Part shown: piece by piece, positions 36,250 through 46,477 of the stretch | How positions within the stretch are numbered: the stretch's first letter is position 1 | How the letters are laid out: each line of letters opens with the position of its first letter | From: Candidatus Dormiibacterota bacterium | Lineage (GTDB): Bacteria > Chloroflexota > Dormibacteria > Aeolococcales > Aeolococcaceae | Length of the DNA: 64,000 nucleotides | NCBI GenBank assembly: GCA_963777445.1 | Contig: CAVZQR010000004.1 | Coordinates: 186,263-250,262, forward strand | Direction of reading: 5' to 3' | Made by a program: the position numbers and the translations under genes | The notes under the pieces: model-generated | Databases searched by the model: none | The model's input: the letters and a program-made list of their open reading frames with translations, nothing else | What the model was told of the DNA's origin: nothing

Positions 36250-37800
36250 TCGGTGGCGAAGCGCTGGTCCGCAGCCTGGTGGCTTCGGGCGTTGACGTGG
36301 TGTTCGCCAACCCGGGCACGTCGGAGATGCATTTCGTCGCCGCGCTCGACGCGGTGCCGGAGATGCGCGGCGTTCTCGCGCTCTTCGAAGGTGTTGCCAC
36401 CGGCGCGGCGGACGGCTACGCGCGAATGCTCGAGTCGCCTGCCGCGGTGCTCCTCCATCTCGGGCCAGGCCTCGGCAACGGCCTCGCCAATCTCCACAAT
36501 GCGAGACGGAGTCGAGCGCCGGTGGTGGCGATCGTCGGCGATCACGCGACGTACCACAGGCGGTACGACGCGCCGCTGGAGTCCGACATCGACACCGTGG
36601 CTCGGAACGTCTCGACCTGGATCAAGCGGAGCCGCCGTCCCGAGGATGCCGGCACGGACGCGGCGGCGGCGGTCGCAGCCGCCTGCGGTCCACCGGGGCA
36701 GGTCGCAACGCTCATCCTGCCCGCGGACGTGTCCTGGTCTGAAGGTGGGTCGGTTGCCGCGCCTGCGCAGCGACGCGAGCGCGCGACGGTCACGCCGGAG
36801 CGGCTGAGCGCCGTCCTGGCCGCACTTCGCTCGCGCGAGAACGCGGCACTCCTGCTCGGCGGCGGGGCGCTGACCGCACGCGGGATGAACGCGTCGTCAC
36901 GCATCGCCGCCACGACCGGTGCCGAACTCCTCGTGGAGACGTTCCCGGCGCGGGTCGAGCGCGGCGCCGGCATCCCGGTGATCCAACGGCTTGCATACCT
37001 CGCTGAGATGGCGGCCGGCCAGCTCGACGGCCTGCGTCACCTGATCCTCGTCGACACCAAGTCGCCGGTCTCGTTCTTCGCCTATCCGGGAAAGCCGAGT
37101 GACCTCGTGCCCGATGGCTGCGAGGTCCTGGTGCTTGCGGACGGCGGTGACGACGCTGTGGCCGCGCTGGAGTCGCTCGCCTCGGAACTCGGCGCCGGCA
37201 CAGAACCCGCACCGAGTGACCCACCGCGGCCCGAGCGGCCCGACGGCGAGCTGGGCGCCGAGTTCGATCGCCCGCGCCATCGGCGCGTTGCTCCCCGAGG
37301 GCGCGATCGTCTCCGACGAAGCCAACACGAGTGGCACGTTCCTGCCGACATTCACCGCAGGAGCACCGAGACACGACTGGCTCACGCTCACCGGCGGTTC
37401 GATCGGCCAGGGGCTCCCAGTTGCAGTCGGTGCGTCGATTGCGTGCCCTGACCGCCCCGTACTCGCACTCGAGGCTGACGGCTCCGCCCTCTACACGTTG
37501 CAGTCGCTCTGGACCATGGCCCGCGAACAGCTCGACGTCACCACCGTCATCTTCAGCAACCGCCGGTACGCGATCCTGCGGATGGAACTCGCGCGGGTCG
37601 GTGCCACTGCTTCCGGACAGCGCGCGCTCCAGATGCTCGACATCTCCCCACCCGAGATCGATTTCGTCGCGCTCGCGCAGGGCCTCGGCGTCCCGGCGAC
37701 GCGGCCCGAGCGCGCCGAGACGTTCGCTGCCGACCTCGAGCGAGCGTTTGCCGAGCCGGGACCGCACCTCATCGAGGCGGTGATCCCCTCCCTGTTCTGA
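36246..37800 (+). pseudogene. thiamine-diphosphate-dependent enzyme (acetolactate-synthase-like), frameshifted near 37258-37265
   Basis: Track ORF 36246..37451 carries the N-terminal and middle domains (GVDVVFANPGTSEMHF). ORF 37099..37800 carries the ThDP-binding C-terminal domain (GGSIGQGLPVAVGA...EADGSALYTLQSLWT). The junction reads ..PDGELGAE / SIARAIGALLPEG. Confidence 0.8.
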
Positions 37801-38445
37801 TCACGACCTGGCGCGTTCGCCCGCGCGGATCGGCAGCGTCAGCCAGTTCTCTCTCGGTGGCAACGGGCAGCTCCAGCGCGGGTCGTAGCTGCAGGACGGC
37901 TGATACGCGAAGTTGAAGTCGAGGATGAGGCGACCATCGCGGTCGGCGCCGAGATCCGCGCTCTTGGCGGTGTCCAGCAGATAACGGCCGGCCCCGTAGG
38001 TCTCGGTGCCGCAGGTGGAGTCGCGGAACGACAGGAAGAACCCGCCCGCGTAATCGAGGAGCCAGAACATCGACAGGCGGAGCGGCGTCCCATCGAGCGA
38101 GAAGTGCGCCGTCCCGGCGCGCTCCGCGCTGATGTGACCCGACGTCGACCCTGGGAGCTCAAAGGTCGCGCCATCTGCGGCGTCGAGGTCAGCGACGGTG
38201 CGCAGAGCCGGGTCGTAGTCGTAGTACGCGGGAGCGGTCGCTGCACCGCGCTCCTCTGCCGGAACCGGGCTCTGCGAGTGCGTCCGGAAGAGGCGATCGC
38301 GCACGGCGCGCCAGCGCACCCACGCGGCGACCGGGTCCGCTTCGGACCGGATCTGTGCGTAGAGCTCGCTCACCTGGCGGCGCCAGTCCGCCAACTCGAG
38401 GCGATCGGCGATCACCCCCGCGCCGGCAGCGATGTCCTCAGTCAA
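37801..38445 (-). CDS. DUF1684 domain-containing protein
   Basis: 214 aa with FRDSTCGTETYGAGRYL and NFAYQPSCSYDPRWSCPLPP motifs characteristic of DUF1684. Confidence 0.8.
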   Translation of the reverse strand: MTEDIAAGAGVIADRLELADWRRQVSELYAQIRSEADPVAAWVRWRAVRDRLFRTHSQSPVPAEERGAATAPAYYDYDPALRTVADLDAADGATFELPGSTSGHISAERAGTAHFSLDGTPLRLSMFWLLDYAGGFFLSFRDSTCGTETYGAGRYLLDTAKSADLGADRDGRLILDFNFAYQPSCSYDPRWSCPLPPRENWLTLPIRAGERARS

Positions 38446-38466
38446 TTGGGGGAATGTAACCCGACC

Positions 38467-39333
38467 TCAGGGACCGTCGCCGTAGACCACCCCTCCGCGC
38501 AGCTCGTCCATGCGACGCATGCGCGCGTGAGCGGTCTCGCCCAGGCGCGCCAGCACACCGGCGATCAACACTTCGGTGAGCGCCACCGCCGAGACGAGCG
38601 AATCGAAAGGCGTCACGGTGGTCTGGACCCCGGTTGCCAGGACGAAACGCGCCGAGGCGGCGGCCGGGGACAACCAGGGATCGGTGACCAGCACGACCGT
38701 GCTCCCCCGCCCTGCGGCGACCTTGGCGCTGTTGATGGTGTCGCTCTGATAGCGGCGGTAATCGAAGACAACCAGGACGTCCCGCCGGCCGAGGTCGACG
38801 AGGCGGTCTGCGGGGTTGCTCCGCTCCGGATCGATGAGCTCGACACCGGGTCGGATGAGATGCAGCTGGCTGGCGAGGTATCGGGCGAGAAATGTGCTCA
38901 CCCTCCCGCCGAGCGAGAGGACGCGCCGGCGTGGATCGGAGAGGAGGTCGATGACCGCGTCGAAGTCGTGCTCGGACACCATGTCGACGCTCGCTCGCAG
39001 GCTGTGCTCGTAGGTCGCAAACGCGTCCTGGAGCAACGACCCGCTCGCGTCGCCCGGCCTGGCGAGCTCGTATCGGGCAAGTGGAGAGCTCAGCCGCTCC
39101 TGCAACTCCTGACGCAGGGAGTCCTGGAATTCGGGGTACCCACGCAGGCCGAGCTTGGTGATGAATCGCGTCACGGTTGCGGGGCTGACGCCCGCTCGCT
39201 CGGCGAAGCGCGTGAGGCTCTCCAACCCCGCCACCGGGTAGAACGCGAGCAGGACCTGCGCGAGCCGCCGCTCCGAGGCGCTGAGCGTCCCCATCCGCTG
39301 CCGGACCAACTCGCCGACCAGGAACTCGGGCAT
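38467..39333 (-). CDS. MurR/RpiR-family transcriptional regulator (HTH_6 + SIS)
   Basis: 288 aa with an N-terminal HTH (LTRFAERAGVSPATVTRFITKLGLRGYPEFQ) and a SIS domain (LSLGGRVSTFLARYL). It is divergent from the permease operon. Confidence 0.85.
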   Translation of the reverse strand: MPEFLVGELVRQRMGTLSASERRLAQVLLAFYPVAGLESLTRFAERAGVSPATVTRFITKLGLRGYPEFQDSLRQELQERLSSPLARYELARPGDASGSLLQDAFATYEHSLRASVDMVSEHDFDAVIDLLSDPRRRVLSLGGRVSTFLARYLASQLHLIRPGVELIDPERSNPADRLVDLGRRDVLVVFDYRRYQSDTINSAKVAAGRGSTVVLVTDPWLSPAAASARFVLATGVQTTVTPFDSLVSAVALTEVLIAGVLARLGETAHARMRRMDELRGGVVYGDGP

Positions 39334-39383
39334 TGAAACGATTCTTACAGTTTTGCCCTGTTCTGGTCTGTTTGATAAATCTG

Positions 39384-39412
39384 TTGACGCTGGTACAGAG
39401 CCACTGATACTG
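39384..39412 (+). promoter_or_regulatory. sigma-70-like promoter candidate TTGACG-N16/17-GATACT(G) for the permease operon
   Basis: Read from the AT-rich RpiR/permease intergenic region. Three CTGTT repeats (39358-39386) lie at and upstream of the -35 box. Confidence 0.35.
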
Positions 39413-39451
39413 TGCGCCCGACCACACCGGACCGCATGGGGAGATGAGCCG

Positions 39452-41002
39452 ATGACCGTTCAGGCTATTGACAGCGATACCGAGACGCTCCACAGACTGG
39501 GGTACGCGCAGGAACTGCTCCGGCGGATGGGGGGCTTCTCCAACTTCGCGGTGTCGTTCACGATCATCTCGATCCTGTCCGGCTGCCTGACCGCGTACGG
39601 CACCGCCATGTTCAACGGCGGGCCCGTCGATATGAACATCGGCTGGCCACTGGTCGGCGTCATGGTCATCATCGTCGGCCTCGCCATGGCCGAGGTCTGC
39701 TCGAGCTATCCGACCGCCGGAGGTCTGTACTACTGGTCCGCAAAGCTCGGTGGCAAGAATGGGCCGGCCTGGAGCTGGTTCACCGGATGGTTCAACCTGC
39801 TCGGTCAGGTGGCGGTCACCGCAGGCATCGACGGGGGCCTCGCGCTGTTCGCGTCAGCATTCATGAACAACTGGTTCGGGTATACGCTGGATGCCCCGCA
39901 CATCCTCCTGGTCTACGCGGTCGCGCTCTTTCTGCATGGCCTGCTCAACACCTTCGGGGTCCGCCTGGTGGCGCTTCTCAACGACATCTCGGTGTGGTGG
40001 CACATCGCCGGTGTCGTGATCATCGTCGCCGTGCTGCTCATCGTGCCCAAGCATCATCAGTCGGTGTCGTTCATCTTCACAAGCTTCCAGAACGGCAGCG
40101 GGGCGAGCTTCCCGGGGTCGATCATCTACGTCTTCCTCATTGGCCTGCTGCTGGCGCAGTACACCTTCACGGGATATGACGCCTCAGCGCACATGACGGA
40201 GGAGACGAAGAACGCGGCAACCGCGGGTCCGAGGGGGATCGTCCTGTCGATCGTGGTTTCGCTGTTCGCGGGCTGGATACTCCTGATCGGCGTGACGTCG
40301 GCGATCCAGAATTACGCCGCCGAGTCGACGTCGGTCGTCCCGGCCGCGCAGATCTTCATTGATGCGGCCGGCGGCGGCCTCGGGCAGTTCCTGCTGTTGA
40401 TTGCAATCGGCGCGCAGTTCTACTGTGGGATGTCATCGGTGACCGCCAACTCGCGGATGATCTACGCATTCTCGCGCGACGGGGCCGTGCCCGGCCACCG
40501 TCTCTGGGCACAGATCAACAAGCGCACACGCACCCCAACCAACTCCATCTGGCTTGCCACGGGGCTGGCATTCATCCTCTGGCTCCCCTACCTGTACAAC
40601 CCGAATGCATACTTCGCGGTGATCTCGATCGCGGTCATCGGTCTCTACATCGCGTACGGCATTCCCGTGCTGCTTCGGCTGCGTGCCGGCGATAGCTTCC
40701 AACGTGGCCCGTGGCACTTGGGCAGGTGGAGCCGCCCCATCGGCATCATCGCGGTCGCGTGGATCGTTCTGATCAGCATTCTGTTTGTGTTGCCAATCAC
40801 CTTCCCGGTGACGCTTGGCAACTTCAACTACACCATCGTCGCTGTCGGAGTCGTCGCCGTGGGAACGACGCTCTGGTGGATCATGTCTGCGAAGAAGTGG
40901 TTCAAGGGGCCGCAGATCATGGGCAGTGCAGAACAGCTGGCCGCGATCGAGGCCGGGTTCTCCGATGCCCCGACGCCGACGCCCGCGGTTTCGGCAGGCT
41001 GA
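39452..41002 (+). CDS. APC-family amino acid/amine permease
   Basis: ATG 39452 follows a GGGGAG RBS. 516 aa and polytopic. The N-terminal LGYAQELLRRMGGFSNFAVSFTIISILSG is typical of the GabP/ethanolamine-permease-like subfamily. Confidence 0.85.
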   Translation: MTVQAIDSDTETLHRLGYAQELLRRMGGFSNFAVSFTIISILSGCLTAYGTAMFNGGPVDMNIGWPLVGVMVIIVGLAMAEVCSSYPTAGGLYYWSAKLGGKNGPAWSWFTGWFNLLGQVAVTAGIDGGLALFASAFMNNWFGYTLDAPHILLVYAVALFLHGLLNTFGVRLVALLNDISVWWHIAGVVIIVAVLLIVPKHHQSVSFIFTSFQNGSGASFPGSIIYVFLIGLLLAQYTFTGYDASAHMTEETKNAATAGPRGIVLSIVVSLFAGWILLIGVTSAIQNYAAESTSVVPAAQIFIDAAGGGLGQFLLLIAIGAQFYCGMSSVTANSRMIYAFSRDGAVPGHRLWAQINKRTRTPTNSIWLATGLAFILWLPYLYNPNAYFAVISIAVIGLYIAYGIPVLLRLRAGDSFQRGPWHLGRWSRPIGIIAVAWIVLISILFVLPITFPVTLGNFNYTIVAVGVVAVGTTLWWIMSAKKWFKGPQIMGSAEQLAAIEAGFSDAPTPTPAVSAG

Positions 41003-41073
41003 TAGCCTCACCGCATCGGTTCATCACGCGTGCTCGCGGCCACGGCGCCGCGAGCACGCGAAGGATTCCCAAG

Positions 41074-41808
41074 ATGTCCAAGCCCAGGATCGGTGTGACG
41101 TGCAGTCCGCTCCGCGGACCGGCGTACTACTCGCCGTACCTACGCGCGGTCGAGGCGGCAGGCGGTGAGCCGGTGACGCTCGATCCGCAGCCGAACGGTC
41201 TGGCGTCTGAGCAGGCGTCCTCGCTGATCCACGGGATCGACGGGTTGCTCGTGCCAGGCGGCTGGGACGTGGATCCCCCCGCGTACGGCGAGCCGCGCCA
41301 GGAGGAAACCCCGAACGTCGATCCGCCGCTCGATCTCACGGAGATCGCGCTGGTGCGCGCGGCGGTGGACGAAGGCGTTCCGGTCTTCGGGATCTGTCGG
41401 GGTCAGCAGGTCATCAATGTGGCTCTGGGTGGATCGCTGCGACAGCACATCGACGGTCACGACAACCACGGGCATCCGCGCGACCTGCTCGCGCACTCCA
41501 TCGACGTGGTCCCGGGGTCGGAGCTCTCAAAGGCCACGCCGGGCGATCGCGTGATGGTGAACAGCCTGCATCACCAGTCGGTGAAGGACATCGCGCCCGG
41601 TCTGCACGCCACGGCGCACAGCCCCGATGGTGTCGTCGAGGGCATCGAGTCCTCGGACGGGATGATCGTGGCCGTGCAATGTCACCCCGAGGAGTTGCTC
41701 GACCAGCAGGGATGGGCGATGTCGCTCTTCCGCCGCTTCGTCGACCGCGTTGCCGAGCACAACCACAATGGGGCGATCGCGGCCGACGCTCCCAAGGAGG
41801 GCAACTGA
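41074..41808 (+). CDS. gamma-glutamyl-gamma-aminobutyrate hydrolase family protein (PuuD-like, peptidase C26 / class-I GATase)
   Basis: The nucleophile elbow is VFGICRGQQVINVALGG. The His/Glu region is VAVQCHPEEL. 244 aa. Confidence 0.85.
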   Translation: MSKPRIGVTCSPLRGPAYYSPYLRAVEAAGGEPVTLDPQPNGLASEQASSLIHGIDGLLVPGGWDVDPPAYGEPRQEETPNVDPPLDLTEIALVRAAVDEGVPVFGICRGQQVINVALGGSLRQHIDGHDNHGHPRDLLAHSIDVVPGSELSKATPGDRVMVNSLHHQSVKDIAPGLHATAHSPDGVVEGIESSDGMIVAVQCHPEELLDQQGWAMSLFRRFVDRVAEHNHNGAIAADAPKEGN

Positions 41809-41811
41809 CCG

Positions 41812-43152
41812 ATGCTCACGCTTGACGAACTCACCCAGCAGGTTGACGCCGGCGAGGTCGACACCGTGGTGGTCGCGTTCACCGACATGCAGGGGCGCTT
41901 GATGGGCAAGCGCATGGAAGCGCATTTCTTTCTCGAGGAGATGGCTCACGACAACCCGATCGAGGGCTGCAACTATCTGCTCGCGCTCGAGATGGAGATG
42001 GACCCCGTTCCCGGGTATGAGATCGCCAGCTGGGAACGTGGCTACGGCGACTTCTCGATGGTTCCGGACTTCGAGACCATGCGTCGCATTCCCTGGCTTG
42101 AGGGCACCGCGCTCGTGCTCTGCGACGTCGCGTGGAACGATGGAACCCCGGTCCGCCCGTCACCGCGACAGGTGCTCAAAGCCCAGGTGGACAAGGCGCG
42201 CGCGCTCGGGTACACCGCGATGTTCGGCTCGGAGCTCGAGTTCTTCCTGGTCAAGGAGACGTACGCGCAGGCAAACGCCCAGCACTACCGCGGGCTCACG
42301 CCGTCGGTGCCGTACATCCTCGACTACCACATCCTCGCGACCAGCTACGACGAGCCGTTCATCCGCTCGGTGCGCAACAACATGCAGGCCGCCGGGATGC
42401 GCGTCGAGACCTCCAAGGGCGAGGCGTGGCCGGGGCAGCATGAACTGAACTTCCGGTACAGCGACGCCGTCACCATGGCCGACAACCATGTCATCTACAA
42501 GAACGGGATCAAGGAGATGGCGCAGCAGAGTGGCCAGGCGGTCACCTTCATGGCCAAGCCCGATCACACCTGGATCGGAAGCTCCTGCCATATCCACTCG
42601 AGCCTCTGGGATGACCATGGCGGCGAAGCACTCTTCTCCGGTGAGTCGGCGCTCTTCAAGCAGTACCTGGCAGGCATGGTCGCGTGTGCCGCTGAGTTCG
42701 CCGTGTTCCTTGCTCCGAACATCAACTCCTACAAGCGCTATGCGGCCGGAAGCTGGGCACCGACCACGCTGGCCTGGGGATACGACAACCGCACCTGCGG
42801 GTTCCGGGTCGTCGGCCACGGCAAGTCGCTCCGGGTCGAATGCCGCATCCCGGGAGCCGATGCCAATCCCTACCTCGCGTTCGCGGCGTTGCTCGCCGCG
42901 GGCCTGCACGGCATCGAGCACAAGCTCGAATTGCCCCCGGTGTTCACCGGCAACGCCTACGAGTCCGACGTCAAGCGCTTCCCCCATACGCTCAATGAGG
43001 CGATCACCGCGCTCGAGCACGGCAAGGTCGCGCGATCGGCGTTCGGCGACGACGTCGTCGATCACTACCTCAACTACGCGCGGACCGAGCAGCAGCTCTT
43101 CGACAAGGCGGTGACCTGCTACGAGCGCGAGCGCTTCTTCGAACGCGGATGA
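41812..43152 (+). CDS. glutamine-synthetase-family gamma-glutamyl-amine ligase (PuuA / GlnA3-GlnA4-like)
   Basis: 446 aa with GS catalytic-domain motifs (FGSELEFFLV, KGEAWPGQHELNF, NSYKRY, RIPGADANPYLA). Confidence 0.85.
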   Translation: MLTLDELTQQVDAGEVDTVVVAFTDMQGRLMGKRMEAHFFLEEMAHDNPIEGCNYLLALEMEMDPVPGYEIASWERGYGDFSMVPDFETMRRIPWLEGTALVLCDVAWNDGTPVRPSPRQVLKAQVDKARALGYTAMFGSELEFFLVKETYAQANAQHYRGLTPSVPYILDYHILATSYDEPFIRSVRNNMQAAGMRVETSKGEAWPGQHELNFRYSDAVTMADNHVIYKNGIKEMAQQSGQAVTFMAKPDHTWIGSSCHIHSSLWDDHGGEALFSGESALFKQYLAGMVACAAEFAVFLAPNINSYKRYAAGSWAPTTLAWGYDNRTCGFRVVGHGKSLRVECRIPGADANPYLAFAALLAAGLHGIEHKLELPPVFTGNAYESDVKRFPHTLNEAITALEHGKVARSAFGDDVVDHYLNYARTEQQLFDKAVTCYERERFFERG

Positions 43153-44501
43153 CGCTTCGGGTGCTGAACCCGGCCACGGAACAACCCGTGGCCGAACTCG
43201 AGCAGGCTGGTGTCGCGGAGACCGATCGTGCGGTCGCGGCGGCAAAGGCCGCATTCCCGGCGTGGCGAGCCGTCGCCCCCTCGGATCGGGCTCGACTGCT
43301 GCGCCGTCTCGCCGGCCTGGTCGAAGACCACCGCGAGGAGCTCGCGCGGCTGGAGACGCGCAATGTCGGCAAGCCGATCGCCGACTCCCGCGGGGAGGTC
43401 GGCATGGTGGCCGAGGTCTTCCACTACTACGCCGGCGCCGTCGACAAGCATTTCGGCCAGACGATCCCTGTGGCCGGCGGCGTCGACATGACATTCCGCG
43501 AGCCGCTCGGTGTGGTGGGACTCATCGTGCCCTGGAACTTTCCGCTCAACATCGCGAGCTGGAAGGTCGGCCCCGCGCTTGCCTGCGGGAACACAGTGGT
43601 CCTCAAGCCGGCGGAGCTCACCCCGATGACAGTGATTCGCCTCGCGGAGCTCGCCCTCGAGGCGGGGATTCCCGAGGGCGTTCTCAACGTTGTGGTGGGC
43701 CCGGGCCGCATCGTGGGTGAACGCCTGATTCACCATCCCGACGTCGCCAAGATCGGGTTCACCGGTTCGACGGAAGTGGGGATCGGCGTGATGCGCGGGG
43801 CTGCGGAGTCAATCAAGCGTGTGACCCTGGAGCTTGGCGGCAAGTCGGCAAACATCGTGTTCGCGGATGCGGATGTCGAGCGAGCGGCTGCAGCGGCGCC
43901 GTATGCCGTGTTCGGCAACGCGGGCCAGGACTGCTGTGCGCGGTCGCGCATCCTCGTCCAGCGCGATGCGTACGACCGCTTCGTCTCGCTGCTCATCGCC
44001 GCGACCGGCGCATTGCGCGTCGGAGATCCGGAGGACGACGCGACCGAGATGGGCCCGCTCGTCTCGGCGAGCCACCGCTCGACGGTGGCGTCATTCATCG
44101 AGTCCGAGCCGCTGTTCACCGGATCGACGCCAGACGGACCGGGCTTCTGGTTTCCGTGCACCCTGGTCGAGGCGACCAACGACGACCGCGTCGCGCGCGA
44201 CGAGGTCTTCGGTCCGGTCGCGGCGATCATCCCGTTCACCGACGAAGCCGACGCGGTGCGGATCGCGAACGACACGCCGTACGGATTGTCGGGGTCGATC
44301 TGGACCACCAACGGTGCCCGCGCGCTTCGGGTCGCCAGAGCGCTCGAAACTGGCGTCATCTCGATCAACAGCAACTCCTCGGTGCGGGTGTCGACTCCCT
44401 TCGGAGGATTCAAACAGTCCGGGTTCGGACGCGAGCTCGGCATGAATGCTCTCGACGGCTACTCCGAGATCAAGAACGTATTCATGACGACGGAGGGCTG
44501 A
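43149..44501 (+). CDS. aldehyde dehydrogenase family protein
   Basis: 450 aa with VPWNFPL, ELGGKSANIVF and the catalytic-Cys region GNAGQDCCARSR. Its start overlaps the upstream stop. Confidence 0.9.
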   Translation: MTLRVLNPATEQPVAELEQAGVAETDRAVAAAKAAFPAWRAVAPSDRARLLRRLAGLVEDHREELARLETRNVGKPIADSRGEVGMVAEVFHYYAGAVDKHFGQTIPVAGGVDMTFREPLGVVGLIVPWNFPLNIASWKVGPALACGNTVVLKPAELTPMTVIRLAELALEAGIPEGVLNVVVGPGRIVGERLIHHPDVAKIGFTGSTEVGIGVMRGAAESIKRVTLELGGKSANIVFADADVERAAAAAPYAVFGNAGQDCCARSRILVQRDAYDRFVSLLIAATGALRVGDPEDDATEMGPLVSASHRSTVASFIESEPLFTGSTPDGPGFWFPCTLVEATNDDRVARDEVFGPVAAIIPFTDEADAVRIANDTPYGLSGSIWTTNGARALRVARALETGVISINSNSSVRVSTPFGGFKQSGFGRELGMNALDGYSEIKNVFMTTEG

Positions 44502-44508
44502 CACGAAG

Positions 44509-45276
44509 ATGGGACGCCTCGACGGCAAGGTTGCGGTGATCACGGGCGCGGCGGGCGGGATCGGCCGCGAGGCGGCGATGCTGTTCGCCGACGAGGGGGC
44601 GGCGGTTGTCGTCGCCGATACAGGTCGATCGGCGGGCGCGCAGACCGCCGCCGAGTGCAGGCGGGCGACCTTCGTCGAGGTGGATGTGAGTGACGCCGAG
44701 AGTGTCAATCGCATGTACGCGAGCGCTGTCACGCAATACGGCGGAGTCGACATCCTCTACAACAACGCCGGGATCATGCCGGCCGATGACGACTCGATCC
44801 TGACCACCGAGCCCGATGCCTGGGATCGCGTCCAGGCGGTCAACGCAAAGGGCGTGTTCCTCTGCTGCAAATATGGGATTCCGCACCTCCTCGAGCGGGG
44901 TGGCGGTTCCGTCATCAATGTCGCGTCGTTTGTGGCGCTGGTTGGTGCGGCGACATCGCAGATCGGCTACACGGCGTCGAAGGGCGCCGTGCTGTCGATG
45001 AGCCGCGAGCTCGCCGTCCAGTTCGCCCGCCAGGGCGTGCGGGTCAATGCGCTGTGTCCCGGCCCGGTTGAGACGCCGCTGCTCATGCGCCTCTTCTCGG
45101 ACAACCCTGCCGCGTACGAGCGCCGGCGCATCCATCTGCCCATGGGCCGCCTGGCCACCGCGAGAGAGATCGCCAACGCGGCGCTGTTTCTCGCAAGCGA
45201 CGAGGCCTCGTATGTGAATGGCGCGACGTTCCTCGTCGATGGTGGTCTGACCGCGGCGTATGTGACCCCCGAGTAG
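44509..45276 (+). CDS. SDR-family oxidoreductase
   Basis: 255 aa with TGAAGGIG cofactor motif, NNAG and the catalytic YTASKGAV. Confidence 0.9.
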   Translation: MGRLDGKVAVITGAAGGIGREAAMLFADEGAAVVVADTGRSAGAQTAAECRRATFVEVDVSDAESVNRMYASAVTQYGGVDILYNNAGIMPADDDSILTTEPDAWDRVQAVNAKGVFLCCKYGIPHLLERGGGSVINVASFVALVGAATSQIGYTASKGAVLSMSRELAVQFARQGVRVNALCPGPVETPLLMRLFSDNPAAYERRRIHLPMGRLATAREIANAALFLASDEASYVNGATFLVDGGLTAAYVTPE

Positions 45277-45379
45277 GCTGCCAGAGCGCTCGGTGCCGTA
45301 ACCCCTCTCCATACTCTGCACATCACGAATTCGCAGAGACGGCCGGCTCTCTCGTCGGTGTCATGATCGCAACGCATGG

Positions 45380-46477
45380 TTGTTGAGGCGGCGATCCGCG
45401 CTGCGGAGCAGCCCGATCGCCGAGCCGGCTCCGCGCCGCTCGCCGCCGGTGACCATCGGTGGCCTCGGCACGGCGGTGCCGCAGCACCGTGTCGGCGGCG
45501 ACGAGGTGCTGAGCCTGGTCAAACAGCTCTGGCCGAGGCTCGAGCGCCGTGTGAGCCTGTTCGCCGACGAGCTTTCGGAGACACATCGCTACCTCGTGCG
45601 GCCGATCGAGGAAGCCCTTGTACCGCTCAGTCCAGGCGAGCAGGCGGTGCGCTACGCCGCCGAGGCGACGCCCCTCGCCCTCTCCGGCGCCGAGCGAGCG
45701 ATTCTCGATGCTGGAGTGGCCGTGGCGGACATCGGGCTCATCGTGGTCTCGTCGTGCACGGGGTTCGTTCTCCCCGGAATCGATGTGCAGCTGATCAATC
45801 AGCTCGGTCTCCGCAGTGACATCCGGCGGATGCCGTTCATGAATTTCGGCTGCGCCGGTGGTGCCGCGGCGCTGGCCTGGGCTTCCGACTGGGTGCGCTC
45901 CCATCCCGAGGAGTTGGCACTGGTCGTTGCCGTCGAGGTGCCCTCGCTCACGTTCCGCCCGGCGGACACCTCGGCGGACAACCTCTTGAGCGTGCTCGTG
46001 TTCGGCGACGGCGCCGGCGCGGCCGTGTTGCGCTGCGGCGCGGTCCCGGGCAGCATCGGGATCGGCAGGACCGGCCAGCAGCTGGTGACGTCGAGCACCG
46101 AGGCGCTCGGCTTCGAGCGGGCCGATGACGGGTTCCGCGTGGTGGTGTCACGCCAGCTTCCGAGGCTTCTGGAGACTCACCTTCCGGCTCTGGTCGACGG
46201 TTTCATCGGTGAACCGGCGGATCTCGACGTGATCGCGCTCCACCCCGGTGGCAAGGCGATCGTCGACGCCGTGACACACTGTCTCGGTCTGCGCACGTCC
46301 CAGGTCACCGCGACGCGACGGGTCATGAACGGCGTCGGCAACACATCGTCGGCCGCGATCCTGTTTGTCCTCGAAGACCTCGCGGCGCACCTCCCCTCGC
46401 CAGAGGGCCACGGCCTCGCAGCGGCGTTCGGCCCCGGATTGATGGTCGAACTCCTCGAGCTGCTCTGGGCCCCATGA
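45380..46477 (+). CDS. type III polyketide synthase (chalcone/stilbene synthase family)
   Basis: The Cys-His-Asn triad contexts are VVSSCTGFVLPG, ALHPGGKAI and GNTSSAAI. The alternative GTG start at 45449 (VTIGGLGTAVP) is more family-like. Confidence 0.9.
   Translation: MLRRRSALRSSPIAEPAPRRSPPVTIGGLGTAVPQHRVGGDEVLSLVKQLWPRLERRVSLFADELSETHRYLVRPIEEALVPLSPGEQAVRYAAEATPLALSGAERAILDAGVAVADIGLIVVSSCTGFVLPGIDVQLINQLGLRSDIRRMPFMNFGCAGGAAALAWASDWVRSHPEELALVVAVEVPSLTFRPADTSADNLLSVLVFGDGAGAAVLRCGAVPGSIGIGRTGQQLVTSSTEALGFERADDGFRVVVSRQLPRLLETHLPALVDGFIGEPADLDVIALHPGGKAIVDAVTHCLGLRTSQVTATRRVMNGVGNTSSAAILFVLEDLAAHLPSPEGHGLAAAFGPGLMVELLELLWAP

Noticed and set aside
45323-45904. 193-aa minus-strand ORF upstream of and overlapping the type III PKS
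   Set aside because: It is antisense to the PKS N-terminus and has no motifs, so it is a shadow ORF.
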